From the NCBI GenBank assembly GCA_016788485.1, contig JAEUSV010000048.1, positions 13,956-77,955 of the forward strand: 64,000 bases of DNA. Direction: 5' to 3'. The notes beneath the pieces were generated by a model. The model saw only the letters and a program-made list of their open reading frames with translations, was not told the origin of the DNA and did not search any database. This stretch comes from Flavobacteriales bacterium (GTDB lineage: Bacteria; Bacteroidota; Bacteroidia; Flavobacteriales_F; PHOS-HE28). Position numbers and translations under genes: made by a program. Shown here piece after piece: positions 61,905-64,000 of the stretch (its first letter is position 1; the number at the start of each line of letters is the position of its first letter).

Positions 61905-62626
61905 GCACGCAACCGGTCGACCTGCTCTGCATCACGGCGCACCCGGACGATGTGGAGATCAGCTGCGGGGGCACGGTGCTCCGCCACATCGCACAGGGCC
62001 GCACCGTGGGCCTGGTGGAGCTGACGGCCGGTGAACTGGGCACCCGGGGCAGCAGCGAACTGCGCCGCCGCGAGGCCGAGGCCGCGCGCGCCGTGCTGGG
62101 CGCCAGCTTCCGCTACGACATCGGACTTCCCGACGGGTTCTTCCGCACCGAGCGCGAGGACCTGCTGAAGGTGGTGCAGGTGATCCGCCGCCACCGTCCC
62201 CAGGTGGTGATCACCAACGCCGTGCGCGACCGCCATCCGGACCACGGACGCGGGGCGCACCTGGTGGCCGAGGCCTGTTTCCTGAGCGGCCTGCGCCGCA
62301 TCGAGACCACCGAGGGCCGCACCAAGCAGGAGCCCTGGCGGCCTCGGCTGGTGCTGCATGCCATCCAGGACAACTGGATCGACCCCGATATCGTGGTCGA
62401 CATCACGCCCTGGTGGGACAAGCGCGTGGAGGCCCTGATGTGCTTCCGCAGCCAGTTCTACGACCCCTCCAGCACCGAGCCGGAAAGTCCGATAGCCACG
62501 CGCGATTTCATCCCCTTCCTGGAGGGGCGCATGCGCAACTTCGGCCGCATCATACACGCCACCTACGGCGAAGGCTACACGGTGGCACGCCCGCCCGGCG
62601 TGAACGACCTGCTCGATCTCCGCTGA
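61901..62626 (+). CDS. bshB1: PIG-L family N-acetylglucosaminyl deacetylase (bacillithiol biosynthesis BshB1-like)
   Basis: ..LLCITAHPDDVEISCGGTVL.. (HPDD motif), ..GELGTRGS.., ..HPDHG.. 241 aa. 4-nt overlap with the upstream peroxidase gene. Confidence 0.8.
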   Translation: MSTQPVDLLCITAHPDDVEISCGGTVLRHIAQGRTVGLVELTAGELGTRGSSELRRREAEAARAVLGASFRYDIGLPDGFFRTEREDLLKVVQVIRRHRPQVVITNAVRDRHPDHGRGAHLVAEACFLSGLRRIETTEGRTKQEPWRPRLVLHAIQDNWIDPDIVVDITPWWDKRVEALMCFRSQFYDPSSTEPESPIATRDFIPFLEGRMRNFGRIIHATYGEGYTVARPPGVNDLLDLR

Positions 62627-62642
62627 GGGCGTACAGGCACGG

Positions 62643-63782
62643 TCAGGTGCCCTGCGGGGCCCGCTGCTCCGGGCGTGGCAATGCTCGCTCTCTCCGCACT
62701 TTCCGTTCCACCGGTGGCATGAAGGGCCTTAGTCGCCCGCAGGCCTCGAGCAGTGCGGCCGCATGGGCCTCCAGGTTGAACGCCGTGGTACCGGCCAGCG
62801 CTTCGCGGCACATGCGGTCGTAGGCCTCATCGGTGATGCCCGCCAGCCGGTAGATCCCTTCCCGGAACGCCGCGGCATACACGCAGGAAAGCCCGTTGAC
62901 GCCGTCCCGCAGGAAGCGCGCGTTCTCGCCCACGGGGCTGGCCAGTACGGGCACGCCGCAGCTCAGGTACTGCTTCAGCTTGAAGGCGCTCTTGCACCGG
63001 CTGATCTCGTTGTCGAGCAGCGGCGCCAGGCCCGCGTCGAACCTGGCGATCCGCGCGTGCACGGCGGCCTCGTCGCACCAGGGGATGTCGCGCTCCACCT
63101 CGATCGTGATCCACGGGTCGCCGGCCAGGGCCTCGCGCAGCCGATGTTCGGCCTGGTCGTTGCGCGCGCCCAGCACCACCAGCCGCACCCGGAAGCCCAG
63201 GTCGCGCAAGGCCGGGTACACCAGCGCGCGCAGGCTGGCCTCGTGGGTGCCCCAGAAGCAGCCCACCCAGCCGATGGTGAAGACATCGTTCCGTCGCACG
63301 AGGCCGCGCTGTTCGGACTTCCGCTGGCCGTGGTCGGGCACGGGGCTCGTGAGCAGCAGCGTGTTCGGGTTGTAGCGACGGGCATAGGCCTGCAGGCCCC
63401 GGCTGCCGCAGGTGACCAGGGCGCAGTTCCGCATCAACGCCTGGATGGTGGCCGGATGCCGTTCGATGTACTCGGCATCGTCGATGTCGTAGATGCTGCG
63501 GTCGCCGCGGAAAAAGGTGAGGAGCCGCAGGGCCCAGGCGTACGGCCCGAGGGAATGGACCCGTTGCACCACGATCACCGAGCCGGACCTGGGGAAGAGC
63601 AGTGCTTCCAAGTACGTCCGCAGGAAACGCAGCACGGCCAGTGGACCGCGGCCCGGTACCACCAGCGTGGACCCCACGCCCCGCCAGGCCCACAGGTGCT
63701 GCAAGGGGTGGAGCGCCCGGTAGCGGATGCTGGGGAGCGAGGGTTGCTGGTAGGTGAACCAGTAGAGGTGGCGGACGGTCAT
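62643..63782 (-). CDS. glycosyltransferase (GT-B fold, family 1/4-like)
   Basis: 379 aa. The C-terminal half has ..SCGVPVLASPVGENARFLRDGVNGL.., an E-x7-E-type GT1/GT4 nucleotide-sugar binding region. Confidence 0.7.
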   Translation of the reverse strand: MTVRHLYWFTYQQPSLPSIRYRALHPLQHLWAWRGVGSTLVVPGRGPLAVLRFLRTYLEALLFPRSGSVIVVQRVHSLGPYAWALRLLTFFRGDRSIYDIDDAEYIERHPATIQALMRNCALVTCGSRGLQAYARRYNPNTLLLTSPVPDHGQRKSEQRGLVRRNDVFTIGWVGCFWGTHEASLRALVYPALRDLGFRVRLVVLGARNDQAEHRLREALAGDPWITIEVERDIPWCDEAAVHARIARFDAGLAPLLDNEISRCKSAFKLKQYLSCGVPVLASPVGENARFLRDGVNGLSCVYAAAFREGIYRLAGITDEAYDRMCREALAGTTAFNLEAHAAALLEACGRLRPFMPPVERKVRRERALPRPEQRAPQGT

Positions 63783-63825
63783 GGCGCTTGTGCACAGGAC
63801 GCTCCGGCGTGCTGCGCGCGCTGCC

Positions 63826-64000
63826 TCAGGCCCGCTGCTTCACGCGAGACACCACGCTGCGGAGCATGCGCATGTCCTTCGCATTGGGCAGCAGCTCGCC
63901 CGGACGTGTGCCCGTGTGCTGCATGAAGCGGAACGCCTGGTACAGCCAGCCCACCAGGTAGGCCGCCGTGGCCGTGGCCGCTGCGCCGATGGCGCCGTGC
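63826..64000 (-). CDS. 3-prime end of an ORF running in from the window edge (possibly a polysaccharide-related membrane protein)
   Basis: The minus frame is open from 64000 to the TGA at 63826-63828 (..HGAIGAAATATAAYLVGWLYQAFRFMQHTGTRPGELLPNAKDMRMLRSVVSRVKQRA*). The stop lies 43 nt upstream of the glycosyltransferase start. Confidence 0.3.
   Translation of the reverse strand, partial: HGAIGAAATATAAYLVGWLYQAFRFMQHTGTRPGELLPNAKDMRMLRSVVSRVKQRA

Overview
High-GC (about 65-70% G+C by eye) chromosomal segment that looks Bacteroidota-like: several T9SS C-terminal sorting domains (types A and B), SprB/PKD repeat proteins, a ccm operon with a CcmD_alt-type gene, and TAnnTTTG-like promoter motifs. 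There are three blocks. (i) 1-9.3 kb: a compact type II secretion / type IV filament cluster (pseudopilins, GspF, GspC/L/M-like, secretin, GspE ATPase, short prepilin peptidase, major pilin). (ii) 9.8-37.4 kb: an accessory region of patchy lower GC. It holds two T9SS cargo proteins, a stand-alone GHKL-ATPase/PD-(D/E)xK gene, a repeat-rich 950-bp non-coding spacer, and a ~19-kb seven-gene operon. That operon pairs a 2133-aa SpvB/TcB-like protein with a 2667-aa RHS/TcC-like polymorphic toxin, alongside a Skp-like chaperone, lipoproteins, a T9SS type-B cargo protein and a low-GC toxin/immunity cassette. A CI-like HTH gene is transcribed divergently from it. (iii) 37.9-64 kb: mostly housekeeping genes (rlmD, ornithine aminotransferase, TonB-dependent receptor, two T9SS type-B PKD/SprB proteins, maf, ubiA-family, kdsC, ccmBCDEF, glutathione peroxidase, bshB1, glycosyltransferase). 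The main curiosities are the TcA-less, T6SS-less TcB/TcC-like RHS operon; the GHKL-nuclease candidate defence gene; an in-frame lower-GC OmpA-like domain inside ccmF; and non-canonical prepilin signals (Ala at -1) paired with a short A24 peptidase. I saw no rRNA, tRNA, CRISPR array, transposase or integrase by eye. All domain calls rest on motif recognition from the translations, not on database searches.
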